In this document: piece after piece, positions 39,808 through 49,737 of the stretch
Numbering within the stretch: position 1 is the stretch's first letter
Layout: each line of letters starts with the position of its first letter
Assembly: GCA_903825395.1 (NCBI GenBank)
Contig: CAIKAF010000021.1
Span: forward strand, 25,927-89,926
Direction: 5' to 3'
Length of the DNA stretch: 64,000 nt
Origin: an uncultured Flavobacteriales bacterium
Lineage (GTDB): Bacteria > Bacteroidota > Bacteroidia > CAIKAF01
Position numbers and translations under genes: made by a program
Notes under the pieces: generated by a model
Told to the model about the DNA's origin: nothing
Seen by the model: only the letters and a program-made list of their open reading frames with translations
Databases searched by the model: none

Positions 39808-41451
39808 TCAATTGGTTTTTAATAATTCTCTGGCATGCTCGAGGGCATTCTCGGTGGTTATTTCAGCGCTAAGCATACCGGCAAGTTCGGTAATTCGTTC
39901 CTCATGGCTCAATTCCCGAATTCGGGTGCTGCCCTCTACTTTTTCCACTTTAAAATGCCGTTTTCCTTTCGATGCAATCTGAGGAAGGTGCGTAATGGCC
40001 ATTATTTGCATGTCGGTACCTACCTCGTTTAAAAGCTGTCCCATTTTACCGGCAATTTTGCCTGAAATACCGGTATCAATTTCATCAAAAATAAGCGTAG
40101 GCTGCACCTTTTTCTTGGCTGCCAACAGCTTAAAAATGAGCATTATTCTAGATAATTCTCCTCCAGATGCTATGTTTTCCAACGGCTTGGCTTCAAGCTT
40201 TGGATGTGGGCTGTATAAAAACTGAACTTCTTCAAATCCATGTGCGGTGGGTTGGTTCAATGGATTGAGCTGCAGGCTTAGCGTGGAATCATGCAAACCC
40301 AATTCGGATAAGATGGGGCGAATGGCGGCTTCGGCTTCCTTTGCACCAGAAGTTCTGAGTTTGGTTAATGTAGTTCCCAGTTTCAGAAGTACAGAATCCC
40401 AATGCTGTATTTCTTTATCCCATTCATCCTGAGCCATTTCAACCCGTTCGAGTTCGGTTTTTTCTTTTAGCCAGGTGGCACTTAAGGTGACCATTTCGCT
40501 TTCATTCATGCAATGGTGCTTGCGCAGTACATTCAAATAGGCGGAATAGCGTTCTTGAAGATGATTGAGTTTTAATGGATCGGGAGCAAATTCAGTTTCC
40601 AAGCGCTGCAATTCCAATCCCAAATCTGCTAGATCAATGCGGGCCGATTCCAAGCGATTTAGCATTTCCACGTTCTCAGGTACGAATGGAGCTAGTTTCT
40701 GTGCGATGGAAGAGGCGCGTCGAAGTTCATCTACAATGTGTTGGTCCTCCAACAGCAATTCCAAAACATGCTTTAGAGCGGCTTGCAGCGATTCCGCCTG
40801 TTGAAGTTGTTCCAATCGGGTTTCAAGTTCTGCCTGCTCGCCATCATTCCATTTTAAGGCCTGCCATTCCTCGAGCTGATGGGCTAAGAAGTCGAGTTTC
40901 CGTTGATTTTCGGCCTTTTCACTGTGGTACTTGTTCTTTAAATCAAGCAATTTGGCTCGGGCGGACATGGCCTGGGAAAATTCATGTGCAACCAGATCTG
41001 AGCCAGAAATGGTGTCCAACCAAGCCAATCGGTAGGTCTTATTTTTGAGCGATAGCGATTCATGCTGTCCATGCACATCCAGTACCTGATCTGAAAATTC
41101 TTTTAATTGCTGAATGGTCACTGGACTGTCGTTGATAAATCCGCGGCTCTTTCCATTGGGCCAAATTTCTCGCCGCAGAATGCAGGTCAAATCAAATTCC
41201 AGTTCTTGGGCTTCAAACCAAGGCTTTAATTCATCCGATTCCAGGTGAAATATGGCCTCTGAAATGCATTTTTTGTTTTTATCGATTAAGATGGATGAAT
41301 CTGCCCTTTTCCCCATGACCAATCCAAGGGCGCCGAGGAAAATACTTTTCCCTGCCCCAGTTTCACCCGTAAAAACATGAAATCCGTTTGAAAAATTCAA
41401 TCGGGCTTCCTGAATTAGGGCGTAATTCGATATGTACAATTCATGAATCAT
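39808..41451 (-). CDS. recN: DNA repair protein RecN
   Basis: TGETGAGKS, a coiled coil, ASGGELSR and FDEIDTG. Confidence 0.95.
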   Translation of the reverse strand: MIHELYISNYALIQEARLNFSNGFHVFTGETGAGKSIFLGALGLVMGKRADSSILIDKNKKCISEAIFHLESDELKPWFEAQELEFDLTCILRREIWPNGKSRGFINDSPVTIQQLKEFSDQVLDVHGQHESLSLKNKTYRLAWLDTISGSDLVAHEFSQAMSARAKLLDLKNKYHSEKAENQRKLDFLAHQLEEWQALKWNDGEQAELETRLEQLQQAESLQAALKHVLELLLEDQHIVDELRRASSIAQKLAPFVPENVEMLNRLESARIDLADLGLELQRLETEFAPDPLKLNHLQERYSAYLNVLRKHHCMNESEMVTLSATWLKEKTELERVEMAQDEWDKEIQHWDSVLLKLGTTLTKLRTSGAKEAEAAIRPILSELGLHDSTLSLQLNPLNQPTAHGFEEVQFLYSPHPKLEAKPLENIASGGELSRIMLIFKLLAAKKKVQPTLIFDEIDTGISGKIAGKMGQLLNEVGTDMQIMAITHLPQIASKGKRHFKVEKVEGSTRIRELSHEERITELAGMLSAEITTENALEHARELLKTN

Positions 41452-41488
41452 GCGCAGAAAGAAAGGAATGACTTTCGTTCATCAACCA

Positions 41489-42415
41489 TTATTTAGCAGC
41501 TTCATCGTATTTGGAGCCTTGAGCCGGATCTGTTTTCTTGAGAATAGGAATTAAGGTTGTCTTTTCCGCAGCCGGGGTATTCTTCAAAACATTCAAGATT
41601 TCTTGGCGCTTGGCGTTATAAAAAACCTGAAGTAAAAAGGCGTTTGGCCGCTGATCCCAAATTTTATCCAATTTTTCCAATGCTTTTAGGCAAGCTTGGC
41701 GACCGGTTTTGAAATCAGAAACCAGCACATCCATCCCTAGGCGGTGGTAATCGTACATGAGTTCACGCAATGGAGAAAAAGCCTGATTCAGATAGTCGTT
41801 GATAATCCAATACCGGTTGTTGTTGTTTTCAGATGAGCGCCATCCGGGTTCACCCAAATTTTGACTGTTGTTTACCACCGCTTGGGCTTTTAGCAATTCT
41901 GCATCTCCACCTTTGGGAGCCATCGCATCTTTATCCAGCCCTATAATCAGGTAGGCATAAAAGGCCAAAACGCTGGTCAAATTTGATTGGCTGGCATTTT
42001 CAGAGAAGAAGAACGCTTGATTTGGTAAATAAGTAAACGCAAACGCTTTGTCTTGGTGATTGAGCAAGGGGCTATCAAAGGCGCTGTTGTAAATTCGACG
42101 CTGAGCAATGATGGTTAGAGTTCCTGAATATGAATTGGGCACCAGCTGTCCGGTAGCTGACTTTTCTTGGTTGGTGACATTAATAAAGACCTGACACTGG
42201 ATTTTTTCAATCTCCTCGTACTCCTCGTCTGTCCATTTGGTGTTGTTCATAAACTCCCGAACTCCGGTTTCAAATCCTTCAAAAATGGATTGATCGGCCT
42301 GGGCGATTTGATTGGTATTGATTTTTACCTCACAGCGCAATTCCTGAGACTGTAGCAGAATCGATGTACAGAGAAAAAAGAGCGCGCTTAAACTTGACTT
42401 GATTTCAACTTGCAT
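41489..42415 (-). CDS. porD: DUF4835 family protein (T9SS-associated PorD-like)
   Basis: QELRC, FMNNTKWT, LAFYAYLIIG and YHRLGMD motifs; conserved position between coaBC and recN. Confidence 0.75.
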   Translation of the reverse strand: MQVEIKSSLSALFFLCTSILLQSQELRCEVKINTNQIAQADQSIFEGFETGVREFMNNTKWTDEEYEEIEKIQCQVFINVTNQEKSATGQLVPNSYSGTLTIIAQRRIYNSAFDSPLLNHQDKAFAFTYLPNQAFFFSENASQSNLTSVLAFYAYLIIGLDKDAMAPKGGDAELLKAQAVVNNSQNLGEPGWRSSENNNNRYWIINDYLNQAFSPLRELMYDYHRLGMDVLVSDFKTGRQACLKALEKLDKIWDQRPNAFLLQVFYNAKRQEILNVLKNTPAAEKTTLIPILKKTDPAQGSKYDEAAK

Positions 42416-43599
42416 TCAGCTACAATATTAAGTATTTCTACTGCAATTTCAGTTTTCGATTTCAGGCTCAATTCGTAGGTTGAGTCATGTGTAATCAGCG
42501 TCATTTTATTGGTATCGGTTCCAAATCCGGCACCGGAGTCGGTCAACGAATTTAAGGCCAAGGCGTCTGCTCCTTTTTGAAGGAGTTTCAACCGTGCATC
42601 TTGAACATTTCCATTGGATTCTAAGGCAAAGCCCAGCAGAAAATAAGGCCGATTTTCTTGAGCCAATCCCTTTAGAATATCTGGATTCTCAACCCAAATT
42701 AGATGGTTTAAACCCTGGTCTTTCTTCTTTAATTTTTGGAGCGAGGGTTGATCCACTCGGAAATCGGCAACGGCTGCGGCCATACAAATGACATCTTGTT
42801 CGTTGGCCATTCCTGAAATGGCCGATTGCATCTGAAGGGCGGTTTCTACTTCAATGCAATTGATATTTTTAAAATAGGGCATTTTAGAACCTCGGGTTCG
42901 AACCAGTGTAACTTGTGCCCCGGCGCAATAAGCGGCTTCGGCCAAAGCTACCCCCATTTTTCCTGAACTTTGATTGCTAATAAAGCGAACCGGGTCAATG
43001 GCTTCTCGGGTTCCACCGCTGCTGATCAACACCTTTTTGCCTTTCCACCAGCTGTGGCATTGCTGAAACAGAGTCAAAAACTGAAGCATGGCGGGAGGTT
43101 CAGGCATTCTACCCTGCCCTATTAATCCAGAAGCCAAGGCTCCATATTCAGGACGCATCAACGCATAGCCCATGGCTTCCGCTTTTTGAATATTATTCAG
43201 CGTACTTTGATGCTCCCACATATCATGATCCATAGCAGGAACCAAGACCACAGGGCATCGGGTGCATAAGGCGGTAACCAAAACGGCGTTGTCGGTTTTT
43301 CCATTCACCAGACCGGCCAAACTGTTGGCCGTAAGGGGAGCAATCACCATAACATCGGCCCACAAGGCCAATTCAACATGGTTCACCCAGGTTCCTGAGT
43401 GGGCATCAAAGAGAGAAACAACCACCGGATTCCCAGAGGTTGTTGCCAGGGTGAGCGGAGTAACAAAATCAAGGGACTGAGGGGTACAAACCACCTTCAC
43501 TTCGGCACCTTCGGCCCTCAGCAATCGAATGAATTCCGGAATTTTATACGCTGCTATTCCTCCGGTAATACCAAGAAGAATGCGTTTTCCGGCCAACAT
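42388..43599 (-). CDS. coaBC: Bifunctional phosphopantothenoylcysteine decarboxylase/ligase
   Basis: GGIAAYK, PAMDHDM, GTREAIDPVRFISNQSSGKMG and GFALE. Confidence 0.95.
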   Translation of the reverse strand: MLAGKRILLGITGGIAAYKIPEFIRLLRAEGAEVKVVCTPQSLDFVTPLTLATTSGNPVVVSLFDAHSGTWVNHVELALWADVMVIAPLTANSLAGLVNGKTDNAVLVTALCTRCPVVLVPAMDHDMWEHQSTLNNIQKAEAMGYALMRPEYGALASGLIGQGRMPEPPAMLQFLTLFQQCHSWWKGKKVLISSGGTREAIDPVRFISNQSSGKMGVALAEAAYCAGAQVTLVRTRGSKMPYFKNINCIEVETALQMQSAISGMANEQDVICMAAAVADFRVDQPSLQKLKKKDQGLNHLIWVENPDILKGLAQENRPYFLLGFALESNGNVQDARLKLLQKGADALALNSLTDSGAGFGTDTNKMTLITHDSTYELSLKSKTEIAVEILNIVAECKLKSSQV

Positions 43600-43613
43600 G
43601 AAGTAGGAACAGA

Positions 43614-43961
43614 TTATTGCTCAGTTCCAGCGGAACCGTGCCCTGTAGTTTCATTGCGGAAATAAATCTGACCTTCCAGCCATTCCTGATATGCAAAGGC
43701 GTTGGGCTTTGGAAGACGCTCGTAATAGCGGCTGATTTCAATTTGCTCCCGGTTTTCAAGAACTTCATCTAGGTTGTCGCTAACGCTGACAAATTCTTCC
43801 AATTTGTCTTTTATTTCTTCTTTCAATTGAACCTGAATCTGGTTGGCCCGGCGACCGATGATGGTCAAGGATTCATAGATGTTACCGGTTTTTTCGTTCA
43901 GTTTGCTGATGTCACGCGTAATGGTGGACATTTCAGCATTCATTTTTTTGAAGTTCGCCAT
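43614..43961 (-). CDS. rpoZ: RNA polymerase omega subunit (Bacteroidota type)
   Basis: TGNIYE..RRANQI and ENREQIEISRYYERLPKP. Confidence 0.9.
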   Translation of the reverse strand: MANFKKMNAEMSTITRDISKLNEKTGNIYESLTIIGRRANQIQVQLKEEIKDKLEEFVSVSDNLDEVLENREQIEISRYYERLPKPNAFAYQEWLEGQIYFRNETTGHGSAGTEQ

Positions 43962-43973
43962 GGTATCTGACTC

Positions 43974-44813
43974 TTAATTTTCTTGTGTTGCGTATGCGTC
44001 GCGTTGTTTTTCCGCTTCCGTTTTAATTAGATTGGCTTTTGCAGCCATCTCAGTATCACGAAAAGCAGATGCAAATTTAGTGTAATATTTTAAGACTTCC
44101 TCATACCTTTCCTTTCTCTTACTGCGGATGCTTTTATCGGCATATTTCTTCTGGGCCTGCAAAATCAACACATACATCTGCTCTCGGCGTTTGGTATCTG
44201 GAAAATCTGCCATCAACACTTCAAAGGTGGTAATCGCAGAGGTGTATTCCATGCGGTCATAGTGCAACATTCCCTGAGCAAACAGTTTGGTTTCGAGCTT
44301 TGACCGCAGCTCCTCAATTAATTTAGTAGCCTCTTCTACCCTACCGCTTTCTGGAAAATAATCGGTAAAGGCCTGCAATTTATCAATGGCTTTCTTGGTA
44401 GAGGTCTGGTCTAAATTGAATCTAGGGCTTTCCTTGTACAGGCAAAATGCCGACATAAAATAGGCCTCTTCCCGCTTTGCACTTTTTGGGAAATTCTGGA
44501 CAAAAGAATCAAAATAATAACTGGCCAACAACATGTCTTTCACTCCATAGTGGCAGTATGCTAGATAATAATGAATCTCTTCTGCGGTAGAGCTTCCACG
44601 AATAACCCCAAAAAGTTCGTCAAACAAGGGCAAGGCTTTTGCGTACTTTCCCTTTTCATACAATTCAACGGCCAATTTCCGTTTTGCCGGATAATCTGAA
44701 CTCTTTATCGTCTTATTGTAATCCCCGCAGGAAGTCGAGAGCACCAGCATCAGGCATACGAATCCCAGTTTGGAAATAAATAGCTTGAACGGATTTGAGG
44801 GGAAATTCAGCAT
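43974..44813 (-). CDS. bamD: Outer membrane protein assembly factor BamD
   Basis: Lipobox STSC, TPR repeats and SPRFNLDQT; adjacent to rpoZ. Confidence 0.9.
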   Translation of the reverse strand: MLNFPSNPFKLFISKLGFVCLMLVLSTSCGDYNKTIKSSDYPAKRKLAVELYEKGKYAKALPLFDELFGVIRGSSTAEEIHYYLAYCHYGVKDMLLASYYFDSFVQNFPKSAKREEAYFMSAFCLYKESPRFNLDQTSTKKAIDKLQAFTDYFPESGRVEEATKLIEELRSKLETKLFAQGMLHYDRMEYTSAITTFEVLMADFPDTKRREQMYVLILQAQKKYADKSIRSKRKERYEEVLKYYTKFASAFRDTEMAAKANLIKTEAEKQRDAYATQEN

Positions 44814-44831
44814 GCCACCAAAAATATCTTA

Positions 44832-44849
44832 TACTTTTGCACAAAGTTA
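44832..44849. promoter_or_regulatory. Face-to-face -7 promoter elements for bamD (-) and the oxoamine synthase (+)
   Basis: TACTTTTG (+, 44832-44839) and TAACTTTG (-, 44849-44842). Confidence 0.55.
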
Positions 44850-44868
44850 CGATTAAGTTACCTACAAT

Positions 44869-46122
44869 ATGGGAGATATTTTCGATAAAATCATCAAAAA
44901 CCCGGGGCCCTTAGGCCAATACGCCAAAGTAGCTCATGGGTATTTTGCCTTTCCAAAGCTGGAGGGCGATATTTCCAACCGCATGAAATTTCGTGGAAAG
45001 GATGTCTTGGTTTGGTCTTTGAACAATTATTTGGGACTAGGAAATCATCCGGAAGTGCGAAAGGCCGATGAAGAAGCTACCCGACAATACGGTTTAGCCT
45101 ATCCGATGGGGGCCAGAATGATGACCGGTGAGAGCGAGCATCATGAACGCTTGGAACAAGAACTGGCGGCCTTTGTAGATAAAAAAGCTGGAATGCTTGT
45201 CAACTATGGTTACCAGGGAGTTATGAGCGTGGTGGATGCCCTACTTGGTCGCCACGACGTAGTGGTTTATGATGCGGAAAGCCACGCCTGTTTGGTGGAC
45301 GGAGTGCGCATGCACCAAGGAAAACGCTTTGTTTATAAGCACAACGACATGGAATCGTTGGAAAAGCAATTGCAGCATGCTGAAAACGTCACCAAAACCA
45401 CCGGTGGAGGCATACTTGTTATAACCGAAGGTGTATTTGGAATGGCGGGAGACCAAGGGGATTTAAAAGGAGTGGTAGAACTTAAAAAGAAATATGGTTT
45501 CCGATTGTTGGTGGACGATGCACATGGGGTTGGAACCATGGGACCAAGATTGGGAGGCACCGGACAAGAGCAAGGAGTACAAGACGATATCGATGTTTAC
45601 TTTGGTACCTTTGCCAAAAGTTTTGCTTTAATTGGAGGCTTCATCGCTGCTGATCCTGAGATAATTGGATTTTTAAAATACAATACCCGCTCGCAGATAT
45701 TTGCCAAATCCTTGCCCATGCCCCTAGTGCTGGGAGCCCAAAAGCGTTTGGAAATGATGCGCGACCGGCCTGAGTTCAAGGAAAAACTTTGGACCATCGT
45801 ACATGCCTTGCAATCAGGATTGAAAAATGCCGGTTTGGATTTAGGCAATACCAATTCTCCCGTTACCCCGGTTTATTTAAAGGGCGGACCTGCAGAAGCT
45901 TCCAATTTGGTGGTTGATTTGCGAGAAAACTACGGGATTTTTTGCTCTGTTGTTATGTATCCGGTTGTTCCTAAAGGAGTTATTATTTTGAGGCTTATTC
46001 CCACAGCGGTTCATACCATGGAAGACGTAAATTACACCGTTAAGGCCTTTTCTGAAATTCAATCTAAGCTTAGTCAGGGATTGTATGACCGGGAAAATTA
46101 TGCCGTAGGATTGGGCGGCTGA
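44869..46122 (+). CDS. Alpha-oxoamine synthase family PLP enzyme, probably cysteate:acyl transferase (sulfonolipid/capnine synthesis)
   Basis: NNYLGL, HACLVDG, EGVFGMAG, DDAHG and TFAKS. The N-terminal GPLGQY..AHGYFAFPKLEG is recalled from Bacteroidota cysteate acyltransferases. Confidence 0.75.
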   Translation: MGDIFDKIIKNPGPLGQYAKVAHGYFAFPKLEGDISNRMKFRGKDVLVWSLNNYLGLGNHPEVRKADEEATRQYGLAYPMGARMMTGESEHHERLEQELAAFVDKKAGMLVNYGYQGVMSVVDALLGRHDVVVYDAESHACLVDGVRMHQGKRFVYKHNDMESLEKQLQHAENVTKTTGGGILVITEGVFGMAGDQGDLKGVVELKKKYGFRLLVDDAHGVGTMGPRLGGTGQEQGVQDDIDVYFGTFAKSFALIGGFIAADPEIIGFLKYNTRSQIFAKSLPMPLVLGAQKRLEMMRDRPEFKEKLWTIVHALQSGLKNAGLDLGNTNSPVTPVYLKGGPAEASNLVVDLRENYGIFCSVVMYPVVPKGVIILRLIPTAVHTMEDVNYTVKAFSEIQSKLSQGLYDRENYAVGLGG

Positions 46123-46148
46123 GCCTAAGCGAACCTACTTACAACATG

Positions 46149-46191
46149 CAACTCCGTTTGAAATTTAATTTCAAGCGGAGTTGTTTTTTTT
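46149..46191 (+). terminator. Intrinsic terminator
   Basis: CAACTCCGTTTGAAAT..ATTTCAAGCGGAGTTG followed by a T-run. Confidence 0.8.
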
Positions 46192-46197
46192 ATTTCC

Positions 46198-46529
46198 TGA
46201 CTTGTCCACTTTAGTTCAACAAATGCCGCAATGAAGTCGCAAAAAGAACTGAGGGGGATGACGGCAAATTTTCTATTCCAAATCCTACAAGGTATTCCAC
46301 GATAATGTCACCTACAATAATGTCACCCCTACGGGGTTCTGATGTCCTGAGCTCCAATCTGTTCTACTTTGGTCTTATTAATAGTTCTCTAAGACTTCGT
46401 CATGCAATCCATAGAGGCCAGGTGCTCTGAGCTTGTCCACTTTAGTACAACAAATGCCGCAGGACAGGAAATGCAATTCCACGATAACAAATAAGTTATA
46501 AAAAAACCCAAAAAAGGGTGGACAAGTCA
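46198..46529. mobile_element. MITE-like non-autonomous element
   Basis: Terminal inverted repeats TGACTTGTCCAC/GTGGACAAGTCA. AGCGGAGTTGTTTTTT is duplicated on both flanks, and there is an internal 30-bp direct repeat. Confidence 0.6.
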
Positions 46530-46572
46530 AGCGGAGTTGTTTTTTAATTTGACTTAAGTTTTGAGGTGGCTT

Positions 46573-46713
46573 GCGGCAGGGATTGAACACGGTAGCCCGG
46601 ACACGGTGGGTGCCAAAGCCGCGTGGCGCGGAGGCGACCTTGGGAGCCACCGCAAGCCCGCTGGCTTTGCCACCCAGCGGGGAGGACTACCGGTGAAAGC
46701 CCGTTTGCCGCCC
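46573..46713 (-). repeat. Constant-length hairpin element, copy 5
   Basis: Reverse complement: GGGCGGC..CGGGCTTTC..CGGTAG...GGC-TCCCAAGGTC-GCC...CTACCG..TCAATCCCTGCCGC. Begins 5 nt after the uvrB stop. Confidence 0.9.
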
Positions 46714-46718
46714 AACAC

Positions 46719-48734
46719 CTAAGCCTCTGACTCGGCCGCCTGCAATTCAAACAAAATATCTCTCCATTTGGCCGCTTCCATAAAATCGAGCGATTTGGCT
46801 GCATTTTCCATGTTGCGCCTGACCTCTTCCATTTTCTTTTTGCGCTGAGCGGGAGTCAAAAATGCGGGACTTGGCTCGGCAGCGGCGGTAGATTCACCGG
46901 GCTTTGAATAGGTCTTTGGCGCCTTGCCCGGCGACACCGAAGCCGCCTTCAAAATGCTTTCCTTGCTGGTTTGCAGAGCGGTCGGCCTCATGCCATGCTC
47001 AAGGTTGTAGCGCATTTGCTTTTCCCTGCGGCGATCGGTTTCATCAATGGCCCGTTGCATGCTGTCTGTCATTCGGTCGGCATACATAATTACCTTCCCA
47101 TTGATGTGACGGGCGGCTCGCCCAATGGTTTGAATCAATGAACGCTGATTGCGCAAAAACCCCTCTTTATCGGCATCTAAAATGGCCACCAACGACACTT
47201 CCGGCAAGTCCAACCCTTCTCGAAGTAAATTCACTCCAATCAACACATCAAAAATGCCCAGGCGCAAATCCCGAATGATTTCCACGCGCTCCAAGGTATC
47301 TACTTCCGAGTGGATATAGCGGCAGCGAATGTGGAGTTTACTGAAGAACTTTTCCAGCTCTTCGGCCATGCGTTTGGTCAAGGTGGTGACCAAAATCCGT
47401 TCATCTTTATCGGCCCGAAGATGAATTTCCTCCATCAAATCATCAATTTGATGTTTGGTAGGCCTGACTTCAATTTCTGGATCAAGCAAACCGGTTGGAC
47501 GGATGATTTGTTCTACAACAAAACCTTCCGAGCGCTCTAATTCATAATCGCCCGGTGTTGCGCTGACGTAAATGGCTTGGTGCGTCAGGGCCTCGAACTC
47601 CTCGAATTTCAATGGGCGGTTGTCCAAGGCTGAGGGCAATCGGAAGCCGTATTCTACAAGGTTCAGTTTGCGTTTGCGGTCGCCGTTGTACATGGCTCGG
47701 ATTTGAGGAATGGTGACGTGGCTTTCATCCACCATCAGCAACCAATCGTCGGGGAAATAATCCAACAGACAGAAAGGGCGTGTTCCTGCATTTCTGCCAT
47801 CGAAATAGCGGGAATAGTTTTCAATTCCTGAGCAATATCCCAGCTCTCTGATCATTTCTAAATCGTACTCTACCCGCTGTTGCAGTCGTTTGGCTTCCAG
47901 GGGTTTTCCATGCTGTTGAAAAAATTCAATTTGAGCCGTTAAATCATCGGCAATGATGGATGAGGCCGCTTTTATCCGCTCGCGCGTGGTCACAAACAAA
48001 TTGGCCGGACTAACCACAAACTTTTCTATGGAATCCAATTGCTGCCCTGTAATGGGATCTATCAAGCTCATCTCATCGATGGAATCGCCCCAGAACTGAA
48101 TGCGCAGGGCCTGCTCTGACTGCGCCAAATACACATCTACCGTATCTCCCTTCACCCTAAACGTACCGCGCTTAAAATCCTCTTCTGTACGGGCATACAG
48201 CGCATCCACTAATTTGAACAGAACGGCGTTCCGACTTGTTTTTAAGCCCACATGCAAGCGGACCGTTTGCGCATGAAAATCTTCAGGATTTCCCATGCCG
48301 TAGATGCAAGAAACAGAAGAAACCACCAACACATCGCGGCGACCGCTCAGCAAGGAGGAGGTGGCTGAAATCCTCAGTTTTTCAATTTCATCGTTGATGC
48401 TTAAATCCTTTTCTATGTAGGTATCGCTGCTGGGAATGTATGCCTCTGGCTGGTAGTAATCGTAGTATGAAACAAAGTATTCCACGGCATTTTCCGGGAA
48501 AAAGTGTTTAAACTCACCATACAGCTGAGCCGCCAATGTTTTGTTGTGGCTTAAAACCAGCGTGGGCCTGTTGACTTCATGAATCACATTGGCCATGGTG
48601 AAGGTTTTACCGGTTCCGGTAGCCCCCAACAAGGTTAAATTTGGCAGCTCTTTATTAAGGCCATCTACCAATTCCCGGATTGCAGAAGGCTGATCACCCG
48701 TAGGCTTATAAGGTTCAAAGAGTTTAAACTTCAT
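46719..48734 (-). CDS. uvrB: Excinuclease ABC subunit B
   Basis: PTGDQP, GATGTGKT, FVSYYDYYQPEAY, DESH and a C-terminal UVR domain; ATG at 48734. Confidence 0.98.
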   Translation of the reverse strand: MKFKLFEPYKPTGDQPSAIRELVDGLNKELPNLTLLGATGTGKTFTMANVIHEVNRPTLVLSHNKTLAAQLYGEFKHFFPENAVEYFVSYYDYYQPEAYIPSSDTYIEKDLSINDEIEKLRISATSSLLSGRRDVLVVSSVSCIYGMGNPEDFHAQTVRLHVGLKTSRNAVLFKLVDALYARTEEDFKRGTFRVKGDTVDVYLAQSEQALRIQFWGDSIDEMSLIDPITGQQLDSIEKFVVSPANLFVTTRERIKAASSIIADDLTAQIEFFQQHGKPLEAKRLQQRVEYDLEMIRELGYCSGIENYSRYFDGRNAGTRPFCLLDYFPDDWLLMVDESHVTIPQIRAMYNGDRKRKLNLVEYGFRLPSALDNRPLKFEEFEALTHQAIYVSATPGDYELERSEGFVVEQIIRPTGLLDPEIEVRPTKHQIDDLMEEIHLRADKDERILVTTLTKRMAEELEKFFSKLHIRCRYIHSEVDTLERVEIIRDLRLGIFDVLIGVNLLREGLDLPEVSLVAILDADKEGFLRNQRSLIQTIGRAARHINGKVIMYADRMTDSMQRAIDETDRRREKQMRYNLEHGMRPTALQTSKESILKAASVSPGKAPKTYSKPGESTAAAEPSPAFLTPAQRKKKMEEVRRNMENAAKSLDFMEAAKWRDILFELQAAESEA

Positions 48735-48741
48735 TCCGCTT

Positions 48742-49593
48742 TTATTTACCAGAGGCCTCAATCTGCCGCTGACTTCGGGTGTACAACCAAAGGCCCAATA
48801 GTACGGACAGAACAACCAAAGACATACCTAGGTAACGCTGGAACGCGGATATTGGTTGAATTTTCTCCCTCCTAAATTGAACGGCCTCCTGCAATTGCGG
48901 ATTTATCTTCAATGCTTCATTGAACCATTCGATTGCAATATCTTCTTCTCCAATAAGATATGAATATTCACCCATATCCATAAACATCCAAGAAATCCAG
49001 ATGGAATCGGATTTATACACCCAAAGGCGCTGGTTTAACCAATTGAACAATTCGGTCCTTTTCGATTTCCAAAGCTCCAGTTGTTTGGGGTTGGTTTGGG
49101 CATTCCGGACCTGTTCCAAACTAAATTGGCTATACACTCCATTTACCTTTTCCGGGCGGCCAAGGGGATTTACCTTGGTGCGCAGGTAGCGCAGTTCTTG
49201 AGCCATGGAATTGTGGCCCAAGTTGGCGTTGCGTCGCTGTGCATTTTCCATGGATAGCAGCGCCTTTTTGGTATTTCCTTGAAGGGAGTACGCCGTGCTT
49301 AATAGGAACAAGCCTTGGGCTGTTCCTCCGTCTTTAATTTGCCAATCTTCAAGCGTGGCAATGGCTTCGTGGGTATAACCCGACTGAATTTCAAGCGCCA
49401 GGAAGGTCAAAATGGCATCCACATCTTTATGCTGAAGAATCTGCTCCAATTGTTTTTCCTTCAGTTTTGCATATCCGGTGGTATCTAAATTCCAAGACAA
49501 AGCAGATGGCAATGGTTGGGTTTGAGATTGGCAGGGCTCAATCCATGAGCTCCATGTCAGCACCACAAGGGAAAACATCCAAAGGTTCTTCAT
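48742..49593 (-). CDS. TPR-containing protein with a signal peptide and C-terminal TM anchor
   Basis: TPR-like helices and a hydrophobic C-terminal segment. Confidence 0.6.
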   Translation of the reverse strand: MKNLWMFSLVVLTWSSWIEPCQSQTQPLPSALSWNLDTTGYAKLKEKQLEQILQHKDVDAILTFLALEIQSGYTHEAIATLEDWQIKDGGTAQGLFLLSTAYSLQGNTKKALLSMENAQRRNANLGHNSMAQELRYLRTKVNPLGRPEKVNGVYSQFSLEQVRNAQTNPKQLELWKSKRTELFNWLNQRLWVYKSDSIWISWMFMDMGEYSYLIGEEDIAIEWFNEALKINPQLQEAVQFRREKIQPISAFQRYLGMSLVVLSVLLGLWLYTRSQRQIEASGK

Positions 49594-49737
49594 GCTGCAA
49601 AGGTAGGGGAAAAATAGTGGCCTAAATTCACTTGTTTTTGGTTAGAAAGCCGAGTCGGCAGCTAAATTTTAGTAACCTTAACACCTAGAAGCAATAAAAC
49701 CGAATCGATTCCGCTACCTTTGCATAAAAATATAATT

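Noticed and set aside
46201..46461. Two 30-bp direct repeats as a mini-CRISPR
   Set aside because: There are only two units about 200 bp apart, no cas genes, and the repeats coincide with the inverted-repeat end of a MITE-like element.
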